Source: Carcharhinus amblyrhynchos
Taxonomy: Eukaryota
Assembly: GCA_965287045.1 (NCBI GenBank)
Contig: OZ336871.1
Span: 24,304,001-24,368,000, forward strand
Length of the DNA: 64,000 nucleotides
Direction of reading: 5' to 3'
Position numbers and translations under genes: made by a program. The notes below the pieces were generated by a model that saw only the letters and a list, made by a program, of their open reading frames with translations, was not told the origin of the DNA and did not search any database. Positions 13,037-24,992 of the stretch are shown in pieces. Position 1 is the first letter of the stretch, and each line of letters starts with the position of its first letter.

Positions 13037-13344
13037 CTTTGAAATAAAGCAATCAAATGACCTTCCTTTCTCCAATGTGCTAGTTGAGAAATCTGTCAGT
13101 GGGTTCTCTACTACTGTCTATTTTCATTGAGTATTATATGTGTTGGGATTCCTACACTTCCTCATGCTATAAGATTGGCCTTATTAGCAACTTCATAAAT
13201 AGGGCCTGAGCTATTTGCTCATCAAGCAAGCTAATTGGGGCACGTATAAACCTTCCAGTGGGCCAAAGGCTGCCCTGGTCAGGTCATTGCTCGCTGCATA
13301 TTACACATACTCATGAACAGACCTAAGGCCACTGCTTATAGTCC

Positions 13345-14200
13345 TGAAAAGTGCCCAGTCTACCTTAAACCACCCTGGGAGTGAAAAGGGCCTCAAAATT
13401 TGAATAAAAGGTCAAGCTAGCCATTTCACGCTGTTACTATACAGTGGCGACACTAGTGGCATTCTGCACTAACAAAATGCCGCCATCAAGCCAAAAAGAT
13501 GGTATATCGCTCATACTAATGAGTAACGTGGTATATGAATTTCAGTGCTGCTGTGATGCCAGGTATATATGCCATACGTCCCAATAACTGGTGGCGGCTC
13601 ATTTCAAATAGTACATCCCTTCGGCTGTTTGCAAAAGGCAAAACATTGATCATACCCAATCAGCCTGGGCTTGCAAAACTCCAAACTTAATGTCCAATGT
13701 TACATGTGATTCTGTGATTGGACAAACTTGCTAAACAATCCTGACTTGGCTAAGAATTGCCCTGGCAACCAAATTATCAGTCTGCCTCGCAGTGTGGCTT
13801 ACTTATGTATACTGCAAACTACATACAGAGCCCAGTCCTCTGCAGATAGAAAGAGCTTGTCCACACATTGCGCTTTTTTCAACTAAACAGAAGCTCTGGG
13901 GACCTCTATTCATCAATTCATTTCCCAAGGCAATGGCCTGACCAATCAGAGATGCCCTGCTGTGTTTGAATTTAACTGTTCCCTGCTGCAATCTCCATGG
14001 CAATGCCTCCATCAGTCAGACTCCACTTTCCACTAATTAGCAGTCTCTTCTCATACATATAAACTGTTGTTCCCTTTACAATTGGTGTACCTGTAAATCT
14101 GCAAGACAGAAAGTTTCAACAACATAAAATAATAGAATCATATGAAACATATTTTTTTCAGCAATATTCAAGTTCTATGCCACCAAATGACAATATCAAA
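13345..14200 (+). mobile_element. Penelope-like element 3' fragment with decayed GIY-YIG endonuclease
   Basis: Translation SNVVYEFQCCCDARYICHTSQ*L at about 13522-13590 fits the VY...YIG motif. Confidence 0.7.
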
Positions 14201-14240
14201 ATGTACATGTAAATTCACATGGAATATGACACTTTGTAGT

Positions 14241-14540
14241 GTGGCAGGGTGACACAATGGTTAGCACTGCTGCCTGCCAGGGACCTGGTTCGATTCCCAG
14301 CTTGGGCCACTGTCTGTGTGGGGTCTGCATATTCTTCCCGTGTCTGTGTGGGTTTCCTCTGAGTGCTCTGGTTTCCTCTCACAGTCTGAAAGAAGTGCTG
14401 GTTAGGTGTATTGGCCATGTTAAATTCTCCCTCAGTGTACCCAAACAGGCGCTGGACTGTGGCAATTAGGGGATTTTCACAGTAACTTCATTGCAGTGTG
14501 AATGCAAGCCTTCTTGTGACCAATAAATAAACTTTAACTT
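14241..14540 (+). mobile_element. HE1-head SINE with alternative tail
   Basis: Head tggcagggtgacacaatggttagcactgctgcc. Tail cttgtgaccaataaataaac. Confidence 0.85.
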
Positions 14541-15314
14541 TTATCCTCGTCCTTGCTGCCCCATCAGCCTGACCCAAATAAGGAGAATTATAATAGAATC
14601 AGTACTCAGTGAAATTGAAGTGCACAGTGTGAAAATAATCTAAGGACTGACAGCCAGTTTGGCTATGGGAGAGGAGATGTTGCTTGATGAATCTCAAGGA
14701 AGCAATATTGCTTGAAGGGACAGCAGTATCACTTCATCAAAGGAATTTTGTGAAACTACAATGAAATCACAAAAGATTCCTTTCTGTCAGGGTATCAAGA
14801 GTTATATGTGAATGCAAATTAGAAACTGGTTTAAAAAAACAGAGATTGATAAGGGAACTAGATTGCAACATTGTGGAATGTCCTAGGGGCCTCTGTTGGT
14901 TCACTTCCCATTCCATGAATGAGATGGAATTGCAATCTATACACAAGTTAGTTAAATTTATGGGTAATGCCAAACAAGACAGGACTGTCATTTTCAATAC
15001 CATACCACGAGAGTTTGATCTAAGCTGATCAGTGGCAAATAATTTCTCTGTAATTCTAAAATAAAAATAGACAGAATCACAGAATTCCTACAATGCAGGA
15101 GGCCTATTGAGTCTGCATTGACAATAATCCCACCCAGGCCCTATCCCCATTTACCCTGCTAGACCCCCTGATAATAACATGGTCAATCATCCTAACCCGC
15201 ACATCTTTGGAATTGTATTTTGGAATTTAGAATAAGATGCCCTTGTAGTCCACAAGTAGATAAAACTTTTGAAAGGAAGAGCTATAAGTAACTCAAGGGT
15301 GTTCATTATCTCCA

Positions 15315-15600
15315 AGTTTAATTATTTGTCTTGCAAGTAGGCTTACATTAACACTGCAATGGAGTTACTGTGAAACTCCCCTAGTTGCTACAGAGCCAGT
15401 TCGAGTACACTGAGGGAGAATTTAGCATGGCCAATGTACCTAACCGGCATGCCTATCGGACTGTGGGACAAAGCCGGAGCATTCGGAGGAAACCCACGCA
15501 GACACAGTGAGAATGTGCAGACTCCGCACAGGCAGTGACCCTAGCCAGGAATTGAACCCGGGTCCCTGGCACTGTTAGGCAGCAGTGCCGCCATGCCACC
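15315..15600 (-). mobile_element. HE1-head SINE with alternative tail
   Basis: Same family as the copy at 14241-14540. Confidence 0.8.
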
Positions 15601-16299
15601 CATATTGTCCCTCACCCTATCTAAACAATGTCAGCGAGCAGTAGCCGAAAGGAGTAGAACACTGGGGATCATTGTTAAACAGGTCAATTTCAAACCTTCA
15701 GTGGGGCTGAACAGTGTCAAGTCACTGTTCTTGGTACAGTTCCAGTTGATGCACCAAGCCCTAAGGAAGGAACCACAAAGATTAAAGGCCATAGCTGTAG
15801 CCAAAAATGTACCCAGTGAAGGGAGACCTCTTCCGCTTTAATGGTCCTATCAGCTGAGGCTAAATGTGTCCATGAGCCAGTCCATGTTCAGGTGCCCTCG
15901 CAGTCACCTTTCTGTCTCAGCGCAGCCACCTCGCCCAGTGGATCTGCTGGACATCGCATGCTGTGGGCTCACTGATTGGGCCACCCACTTAAGGAACCCA
16001 CCCACCATCCTTAATTGGTCAGAGAACATGGAGGCAGTCAGTTAGGCCCACCTACCAGGGGTTGAGTTGTGCGGAAGCGGGTGCTCTGGTGGCATGTGCC
16101 TGCTCTGGACCTCCATGTGGTCCTGATGTCCAAAGAGCTATGGGAAATAACCCAATAATTTAGAACTTTTTGGCATCACAAGCAGATATCTAAAGCAAAA
16201 GCTGATTTGAATGGAAGATTTTTCATGGGAAAAAGTAAAACACCAACAGTGCTATGAAATACATTCAGATAGGAAGACAAAAGAACACAGGACACAAGT

Positions 16300-17027
16300 T
16301 ACACTATTGCCTCACAGCTCCAGGGATCTAGGTTCAAATATGGCCTCGAGTCGTTGTCCGTGTGGAGTTTGTATGTTCTCTCCTTGACTGCATGGGTTTC
16401 ATCCGGGTTCTCCGGTTTCCTCCCACAGTCCAAAGATGTGCAGCTTAGGTTGATTGGCCATGCTAAATTGGTGTTAGGGAGACTAGCAGGGTAAATATGT
16501 GGGGTTACAGGGATAAGGCTTGGGTTTGATTATGGTCATAGAAGAAGAAGAACAACAACATAGAAAAACTACAGTACAAACAAGCCCTTCAGCCCACAAG
16601 TTGCGCCGATGATATCCATACCTACTAGGCTTACCTATAACCCTCAATTCTATTAACTCCCATGTACTCATCCAGAAGTCTCTTGAAAGACCCTATCGAA
16701 TTTGCCTCCACCACCACTGGTGATGGGCAGTGCAGGCTTGATGGGCCAAAGGGCCTCCTTCTGCACTGTAGGGTTTCTATGATTCTGTGATAAAATTTTG
16801 AACAGACCACCAAGAAAAGGTCCCTTCTTTGTTTAGGTGGATTGAATATGCTAACTTGCTCCTTAGTGCCCAAAGATGTGCAGGTTATTTAGGATTAGCC
16901 ACAGTTAGTGTATGGGACTAGAGGAATAGGGTGGGGGAGAGGGCTGGGTAAGGTACTATGTCAGAGAGTCGGTGCAAACTTGATGGGCCGAACGGCCTCC
17001 TCTGCATTGTAGGGATCGTATGATTCT
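16300..17027 (+). mobile_element. HE1 SINEs with a nested CR1 3' fragment (about 16556-16720, minus)
   Basis: The HE1 body is split by an inverted CR1 3' end. A second HE1 3' half follows at about 16845-17027. Confidence 0.75.
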
Positions 17028-17174
17028 GGGATCGGACTGTCAATTTAGGACAGACATCAGGAAGTACTTCTTCACATAGTGAAGTTGAATTTATTCTCGG
17101 CCATTGCTCAGTTGAAATGCCTTAGTATGTAGGCACAGCTGCTTGAATAATCATTATTTTCCTCTGTTGCTTAC

Positions 17175-17213
17175 AACTGCATTGTGCATTTTTGATTCTA
17201 TTCTGTTTTTCAA
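17175..17213 (-). CDS. Candidate short exon 2 of the cytokine-like gene (LKNRIESKMHNAV)
   Basis: 39 nt, phase 0/0. Acceptor atttctctatttcatactag, donor gtaagc. The size is typical of exon 2 in IL-4/5/13/GM-CSF genes. Confidence 0.45.
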
Positions 17214-17485
17214 CTAGTATGAAATAGAGAAATCCCCAGAAGAACTCTCATGCTCTGATTTTTAATTGGTCCAGTGAGAATGTTAAGAACCTAATACTGA
17301 GAGGAAAAGCATTCAAAACTTCAATTGTCCAAACACTTTGAGATGCAACTGTTAGATATTCGCTGCTGAAGTCACATCTTCCGAAGTGACAGTGGGTTAA
17401 ATGCAGTTGGTTTTCCCTTTGAAGCTTCATATCTCTTTTGGCAATGACAGAAAACAGGTCAAATATTAATATCCAACACAGATAT

Positions 17486-17701
17486 TGTAATAAGCCCTCA
17501 GAGGCAGAAGTCCTTTCACCAAAGTTCCTTTATTTACAAGCCTGATAACTGCATACAGAGTGCTTCCAGTCAGCAGTCTACACTAGGAGTCCCAGAGGAA
17601 CTGACACTCCTGGTTAAATACAAAGCAAAAGGCTCCATCAATTTGGCCCTCAATCAGGAAGTTCATATTCCAATCTCAATTGCCTGATTAAAGTTGTAAT
17701 A
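17486..17701. mobile_element. Short solo-LTR-like insertion with 5-bp TSD GATAT
   Basis: Starts TGTAAT. GATAT occurs at 17481-17485 and 17702-17706. A second diverged copy lies at 34078-34291. Confidence 0.7.
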
Positions 17702-18387
17702 GATATCCAGGCCAAAGCTTTGGGTATAACTGTCAGGATATTTTGTAAGCAAATTTCCTGTAAGGATTTATTTATGTTCAATGGTGGTCTCCAGGAACTC
17801 ATCAGGAGATCAGGACTCACATGATGGGAATGCTCCATCCATGGAGAAGGTGGCACCAACTACCATGGTTGGTTGTAAGGTTGTTGGTAGCCATCCACTT
17901 TTTGTGAGGTAGATTTGCCTGCTCAGTTGTGGTCTGTGAAGAGGTCATCTGGCACGACGCAGCTTTTCCAAGCATTACGCCATCAGCCTTCACAGCTGAG
18001 GAGGGATCACTGAAGGATCTTGGTGACAGTCCAAGCTGACCTTCCACATTTGAGATGGGTTATTGGTAGGTCCTGAGCTGGCATGCCTTTGCTGAAGTAA
18101 CAGTTGTGTCCTGTACATTCACATGATAGGTATAAAAGGGCAATGTTTGCAAAGCATAAGCAGCCAAACTGTCAGTACGGGTAAAAGCATTTCAATGATA
18201 ATTCTCATGGTAGATTTCGTTTTGATATCAATAGATTTGACAGATGAAAGAACTATGCTGGATCATGCACATCCAACTTTCCTTGCTGACATTGATAATG
18301 GAGAAAAGAGAGATTTAATGGATGCCTAAGCAGGACGGGTGCTTCAGTTTGGAGGGTCTGTGTGGCTTTGACAACTTTCTGGAGCTG

Positions 18388-18514
18388 GGCCGGAACTCTC
18401 TGACCTTATTCGCCCCGTCACCAGGAATGGAGAATTCGGCACTCAGCCAAATCTCCATTCAGTGCAGTGGGACTGGAGAATCCCAGCCGTGGGCGAGGTT
18501 GGAGAATTCCGGCC
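18388..18514. mobile_element. 127-bp Harbinger-like MITE, TSD CTG
   Basis: TIRs ggccggaactctc / gagaattccggcc with ctg on both flanks. Confidence 0.75.
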
Positions 18515-19879
18515 CTGGTTGATGAAACTCTTTAACTTACCCCTGAGGTTCTGGAGGTGCTGACTCTGTGATCAAGTGTAACTCCGAAGCAGGAAAAGTT
18601 CTTGGCTCTGTTAACTTCAGCATTGCAAACGGAGAATTTCAGAGTTGGGGTTTCCCGATGGATGTTGAGGTGGCCAGTTGAAGTGTGGGTGGGATTTCCC
18701 TCCTCCCCCCACAGCGTGTTTCCCAGCAGTGGATGAGGCTCGTCATTGGTCGACAGCAGGATCTTCTGGTCCTGCCAATGTCAATACCATTTTGCATTGT
18801 TCTCTGACCACGTTGCCAGGGAACCAATTGCGGGAGGGTTGCCACTGACAGGATCAGGAGACCCTGCCAGCGGGAAGGGCCAGAAAATTCTAAGGGCTGA
18901 GTACATAGGCCTGTCACCTTCATGGGGCTGAACAGGAAACTGATCTCCAGCAATCCCCCAACTATCAGAGATGTTGGCTGCCATTTCCTTCACCAGCTGT
19001 CGACTGTGTCAGTGATACCCTCACCAGATTGTAACCCCTGACTCTACACTAGAGATTTCACTCACTGTGATGAGTGTATCTGTGCAGGTGAAAAGTGCAG
19101 GTGAACACCATGGTGTTGCATCTTCTGAGGCAGCCTCCTCTGTGGTGAGTTTGGGGATGGAGCAGTGGCTGTTCTCCCTTGTAGACCTCTAGCTTTCCTT
19201 GTTGGCGTCCATAATGGAGGAAAGAGAGATTTAGTGGATGCCTAAGCAGGCTCCATAATGAAAGAAAATCTGTCAACTGCAGGCTGGAGGTGTCCTCACT
19301 GGCTTCCTTGGGGAGACTTAGCTCACGGTCAGAATAGGCTCCTCCCAGCCTCCTCTGTGAAAGGGCTGAGGGCCCTCATGTCCAGAATGTCCATCTCTGA
19401 TATTGGCCCTCTCCCTCCAATTATTTTTTGTCCAGCAGACAGACAGAAGAATGGACTGTCTCCACAATGGGTGTGCGAGCAGTTTAGGAGCATGCATGCC
19501 TACGACAGCCCCAGAGCCAGCCCCAGATCCCCAGTGATTAACAAGCAGGGTGCCCTGCAACTGATGGAACAATGAGAGCAGGAAGTAGATGCATACATTC
19601 AGTATGTATAGAATCTTTGTTCTGAAAGAAGGGAGATACAAAGCAGAACACTGTAGCATGGGTTTCCTCCAGGTGCTCTGGTTTCCTCCCAGTTCAAAGA
19701 TATGTGGGTTAGATGGATTGGCCATGCTAAATTGCTCTTTAGTGTCAGGGGCAATAGTTAGGGTAAATGTATGGGGTTGTGGGGATGAAGCCTGCATGGA
19801 GTTGTCATCTGTGCAGATGGGCCAAATGGCCTCCTTCTGTACTATAGGATTCTATGACTTATTAGCTTTTCATCTGTCA

Positions 19880-20300
19880 TAAGGAAGTTACAAGAATGAA
19901 TTACTAGAAAATCAAAATTTGATCAGTTTGAGTCAACATGGGTTTGTGAAAGGAAACTCATGTTTAATTTATTGGAGCTTTTTGAAGCAGTAACAAGCAA
20001 TCTGTATAAAGGAGAACCTGTAGATGTGATGTAGTTGAATATCCAGAAGATATTTAATAAGTTGCCACATCAAAGGCTGCTACAAAAAATAAGATTACAT
20101 GGAGTAGGTGGTAGCAAATTGACACAGATAAAGGATTAGTTAGCTAACAGGAAGCAGAGTGTGGGGATAAATGAGTAATTTTCAGGTCAGCTAGCTATGA
20201 CAAATGGAATGCCACAGGGATCAGTGCTGGGGTCTCAACTATTTATAATGTTTGGATGAAGGGATCAAATGTACGGCAGCTAAATCTGCCAACATCAAGT
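19880..20300 (+). mobile_element. CR1 RT fragment, decayed
   Basis: SQHGFVKGNSCL and GMPQGSVLG-type RT motifs. Confidence 0.8.
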
Positions 20301-20311
20301 AGGACAGTAAG

Positions 20312-21495
20312 CTCAAAATTCAAAACAGAAAAGGCTGGAAGGACCTAGCAAATCTGGCAACATCTGTGGAGAGAAACAGGTTAATATATCACATCTGTAT
20401 GACTTCTTCAGAGCTGAAAAGAGGCAAAGGTATGATGGATTAAATAATTGGAGGTCAGGGATTAGTGGGAATTTAGGAGAGATTGACAAAGGTGTCATGG
20501 ACACATAATCAAAGGGAGTGTTAATGGTAGTCTTAAAGACTAAAGAGTAAGAATGGCATAAAGGTAAGGTAGCAGGACATGTTGGCAAATGCAAAATATT
20601 GCAGATGCTGGAATCTGAAATCCAGGAAGGGTTATTCCAGTGAAACCCAACATAAACTAGAAACCTGAAACACAGTATGAGTTACCTGGACTCGAAACAT
20701 TGGCCCTACTCTCTCTCACAGCCATGATGTGGAGATGCTGGCATTGGACTGAGGTGGGCATAGTAAGAAGTCTCACAACATCTGGTTAAATTCCAACAGG
20801 TTTATTTGGTAACATAAGCATTTGGAGCACTGATCCTTCATCAGGTGAATGAACTATGAAAGCAAAACTAGATGCAAAGATTACAGGGAGGAGGTTGGGA
20901 AAAAAATTCAAGTTGGAGGGCAGAGTTCTTGTCTAAAGTTATTGAACTCAGTGTTAAGTCCAGAAGGCTATACAGTGCCTAATTGGAAGATGGGGTGCTA
21001 TTTCTCTAGTTTGTGTTGTGTTTCACTGGAATATTGCAGCAGGCCGAGGACAGATATGTGGACATTAGAAAAAGTTGGTGAGTTGAAATGGCAGATGACA
21101 GGGATGTCGGTGTTCTGCAAAGCGGTCACCCAGTTTGTCTTCAATCTCTGCAAAGTAGAGGAGCAACAAATGCAGTCATCCAAATTGGAGGAGATGCAAG
21201 TGAAACATTGATCTGAAAGGAATGTTGGGACCTTGAACACTGAGGAGGGTGGAGATAATGGGAAGGTGCTGTGGAAAGGAGATGTGGTGTTAGGTGTGAT
21301 GGAGGAGTGGTCAGGGTGTCACATGGGACTGGTTCTTATGGACGTTTGGGAGTGAGGGAAATATGCATTTAGTGGTGGCATCATGCTGGGTTTGGTGGAA
21401 ATGGCGGAGAATGATCCTTCCAATGCAGAGGCTGTTTGGATGAAAAGTGGGGACAGGGGGACACTATCATGGTCTGGGATAGAGGGGAAGAGATG
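20312..21495 (-). mobile_element. Penelope-like element fragments with GIY-YIG remnant
   Basis: ORF 20998-21240 (CFTCISSNL..CICCS...PVICHFNS...SVLGLL...KLEK) is a PLE endonuclease C-terminus. PLE terminal repeats lie at about 20312-20420 and 20724-20850. Confidence 0.75.
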
Positions 21496-21831
21496 AGGTC
21501 TGCCATCCTTACCTGTTCAGGCCAGCATGTGACTCCAGATTCACAGCAATGTTGTTGACTCTTAACAATCGTCTGCAAGTCACTCAATTCAAGGGCAATT
21601 AGGCACGGTCAACAAATGCTAGCCTTGCCAGTGATATCCACATTCATGTAAAATGAAATAATAAAGTGTGCTTTTGTTTAAAACTATGCATTCTCTCTAT
21701 TTGTAATGGACCACAAACTGCCTGGGAGCTATGGGAGATGACTTGACATGTACAATGCTCAACAGTCACAGTAATTTTGAAACAGCTCGATCAACCGCAG
21801 TGAAAGTTCACGATGGACTGACAATTCTTAC

Positions 21832-21957
21832 TGATTGCCTTTCAGAAGGTGTGATGGATCTCTGAAGTATGACCTCCTGGAGCTGTGACGAGTTGGCTTG
21901 ATATATGTTGAGTAGTGTAGTGAGCAGATGAACAATGGAGTGAACTTGCAGTGTCAT
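21832..21957 (-). CDS. Candidate exon 1 of the cytokine-like gene (MTLQVHSIVHLLTTLLNIYQANSSQLQEVILQRSITPSERQS)
   Basis: ATG at 21957, 126 nt, phase-0 donor gtaaga. A hydrophobic leader-like stretch is followed by LQEVI (compare IL-4 LQEII). Confidence 0.35.
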
Positions 21958-22126
21958 TGACAACTCATCCCAGCCAAATTATTGTCTACGAAAAGAAATG
22001 GTAAAAGTGTCCTCGACAAGAGACTACATTTTGGATGTCTGATGGCATTGAGTGAATGCCTTACTCCTGCATGCTCCGGGTGTACAGAGCATTGACAAAA
22101 GGCCAACATTGCCATCTAGCAGGCTT

Positions 22127-22262
22127 TGAGTCATCTGAAATTCCCTCACACCAGAGCTCCTGTTAGTTTATCTCCCTTTAGTTCCTCATTCCAAGTCCTT
22201 TTGCCTCGTTTCTCAGCAATATGCTTCAGTGCTTTGATAAATGGGAGATGTGAATTTGGAAA
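22127..22262 (-). promoter_or_regulatory. Cluster of AP-1, NF-kB-like, GATA and NFAT-like motifs upstream of candidate exon 1
   Basis: TGAGTCA 22127-22133, GGGAATTTCA (minus) 22136-22145, AGATAA (minus) 22168-22173, TGATAA 22235-22240, TGGAAA 22257-22262. No TATA box seen. Confidence 0.3.
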
Positions 22263-22696
22263 GTTTCACTGTAATATGTTCTACAAAAACAAAATCCTGT
22301 AGGTGTTGGAAATGTGAAATTAAACAGAAAATGCTGGAAACATTCTATAGATCTGGCAGCATCCGTAGAGAGAGAAAAACAGAGTTAACACAAAACCTGA
22401 AACATTTTCTGTTTTCATTTTGCATGAATATGTTCAATCTTGACTGAGTCTCTTACTGAGTTATGACCGTACATGGGATGAACTATTAGTGCAGAAAGGT
22501 TCCACAAAATCCTGGCAAATGTGTGCAGTAGTTGAGAATAGGATGACAAACAACCTTGAGAGAAGAATATGGTGGATGGCACTGCCTTGAAGTCATTGAT
22601 TAGGGGAAGAGTGGATGGTAAGTGAAAATTCCCAAAGTGATCTTTGGTCCAGAATTTGAATGCAAAAAATGTTAAAAATATTTAATGATATTTTAT

Positions 22697-23090
22697 GATT
22701 TGATTTGATTTGATTTGATTTATTATTGTCACATGTATCGGGATACAGTGAAAAGTATTGTTTCTTCAGTGCTATACAGACAAAACATACTGTTCATAGA
22801 GAAGGAAAGGAAATAGTGCAGAATGTAATGTTACAGTCATAGCTAGGGTGTATAGAAAGATCAACTTAATGCAAGGTAGATCCATTCAAAAATCTGATGA
22901 CAGCAGGGAAGAAACTGTTCCTGAGTAGGTTGGTACGTCACCTCAGACTTTTGTAACTTTTTCCCAGTGGAATAATATGGAAGAGAGTATATCCAGGGTC
23001 CTTAATTAAACTAGCTGCCTTTCTATGGCAGCGGGAAGTGTAGACAGAGTCAATACATGGGAGGCTGGTTTGTGTGAAGGACTGGGCTGG
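22697..23090 (-). mobile_element. Rex1/Babar-type LINE 3' fragment
   Basis: (ATTTG)n tail on the plus strand. Homologous to 38520-39042. Confidence 0.75.
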
Positions 23091-23497
23091 TTATCAGCTC
23101 AAATTCCATGGCAGAACAACATTTCTTGCCCATCTCGGGGGCTTACATTTTATTATTGACTGATGCTCAGATTGATGAGGATAAAATTGCTGCTTCCTCA
23201 TGCCTCCATCCCTCCAAAACTGGTCCCTCAAGATATAAGCTAGAACCCTTTTGATAGAATACATCTTGAGGAGCTTTACATCTGGCTCTCTACCATCCCT
23301 GTTACTTGACTCCACTTCCAGCATTATCTCGCAGAAGGGACATGACAATATAATTAAAGTTTTAGGTTGGGATTTTCCAGCTGCACTCACCCCAAGACCG
23401 GAAAATCCCGTTTGAGATCAATGGACTGTTGTATGGTTCTGTCCTGTCCACTACGGTTCCTGTGGTGGGTAGGACAGGAAAAGTCCATCCTTAACAG

Positions 23498-23795
23498 TTT
23501 ATTTATTAGCGTCACAAGTAGGCTCACATTAACACTGCAATGAAGTTGCAGTAAAAATTCCCTAGTCACCACATTCCAGCACCTGTTCGGGTACACCGAG
23601 GAAGAATTTAGAATGGCTAATCCACCTAACCAGCACATCTTTCGGACTGTGGGAGGAAACTGGAACATCTGGAGGAAATGCGCTCAGACACGGGTAGAAT
23701 GTACAAACTCCCCACAGACAGTGACCCAAGCCAGGAATTGAACCCGTGTCCATGGCACATTGAGGCAGCAGTGCTGACTATGCCACCGTGCCGCC
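23498..23795 (-). mobile_element. HE1-head SINE with alternative tail
   Basis: Family match by eye. Confidence 0.85.
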
Positions 23796-24744
23796 CTGTC
23801 ACACATACCCAATTATAAAACAATATATTCTAGCAAAAAAGCAGGTAAACAAATGGTGCTATACAGCACAGTTTACATCATTTATGCCCTTTCAAAAGCA
23901 TGACCAGAAGCAGCCCAGCAATGCTTTGAATTACACTGGAGTATTTTGTTTTTAATGCCCCTGTGATCAACTGTTTTGGTTGTAGTGGCAATTTTAAAAG
24001 ATTTTGGTTAAATGTTTCCGTTAATGTTAATTCTCCAGCTAGCAGTGTCAGTGCAGTTAAATTGTGCTGAGCCATCCCAGCATTTGCCCTCCCTGCCCCT
24101 CAAGTGGACGACACACCCAAATCCTCCATTTTGGTGACCCTGATCCCAGGATGTGGGCTGGGTCTCACAAGTGCAGGCAGTGGGGTGGAAGGCACACTCA
24201 CTCTTCTAATAATTTGCCATCAATGTGGCAAAGAGGAGGAAACTAGACCAACATAATTTGCAATGAGAATGGGTGAGAAATTAGCCTGCATAGCACTCAA
24301 TCTTTAGGCATTTGAACAGCCTTCTGATTTGAACAATAGAAAGTATCAGTTCATCATTCTTTGTAAGTGTGTCACACAAGTGAAAGCCGAGACAATCGTG
24401 TGTGGCAACCATGCCTGAAGCATAAACCCATTGACAAGGAAAGAGTTAACACTGAATGTTTAGAAGTTGACTTATTAGTCACAGCAATTTACATTAACAC
24501 CGCAATGAAGTTACGGTGAAAATCCCCTAATCGCCACACTCCAGCATCTGTTCGGTTACACTGAGGGAGAATTTAGCATGGCCAATGCATCTGACCAGGT
24601 GGAATCTGCCAATTAAAGTTTGATTTGCTCTGAGGTGTTTGGCACTGCTGTGTTCATTCACATGGCATGGGGGAGGTTTCTCTTGCACATTGTATCACAG
24701 AGTAAGAGGGAGTAGAAAGTACAAGGAATGATAGCTAAATCCGA

Positions 24745-24992
24745 AGGCAACACAGTGACGCAGTGGTTAGCAATGCTGCCTTACAATGCTGGGGACCTGG
24801 GTTCGATTCCCGGCTTGGGTCACTGTCTGTGTGGGGTCTGCACATTCTTCCTGTATCTGTGTGGGATCCCTCCTGGTGCTCCACTTTACTCCCGCAGTCT
24901 GAAAGTGCCGGATTGTGGTGACTGGAGGACTTTCACAGTCGTTTCATTGCAGTGTTAATGTAAGCCTCCTTATGACATTAATAAGTAAACAT
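24745..24992 (+). mobile_element. HE1-head SINE with alternative tail, internally deleted
   Basis: Family match. A tail-only minus-strand copy lies at about 24470-24600. Confidence 0.8.
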
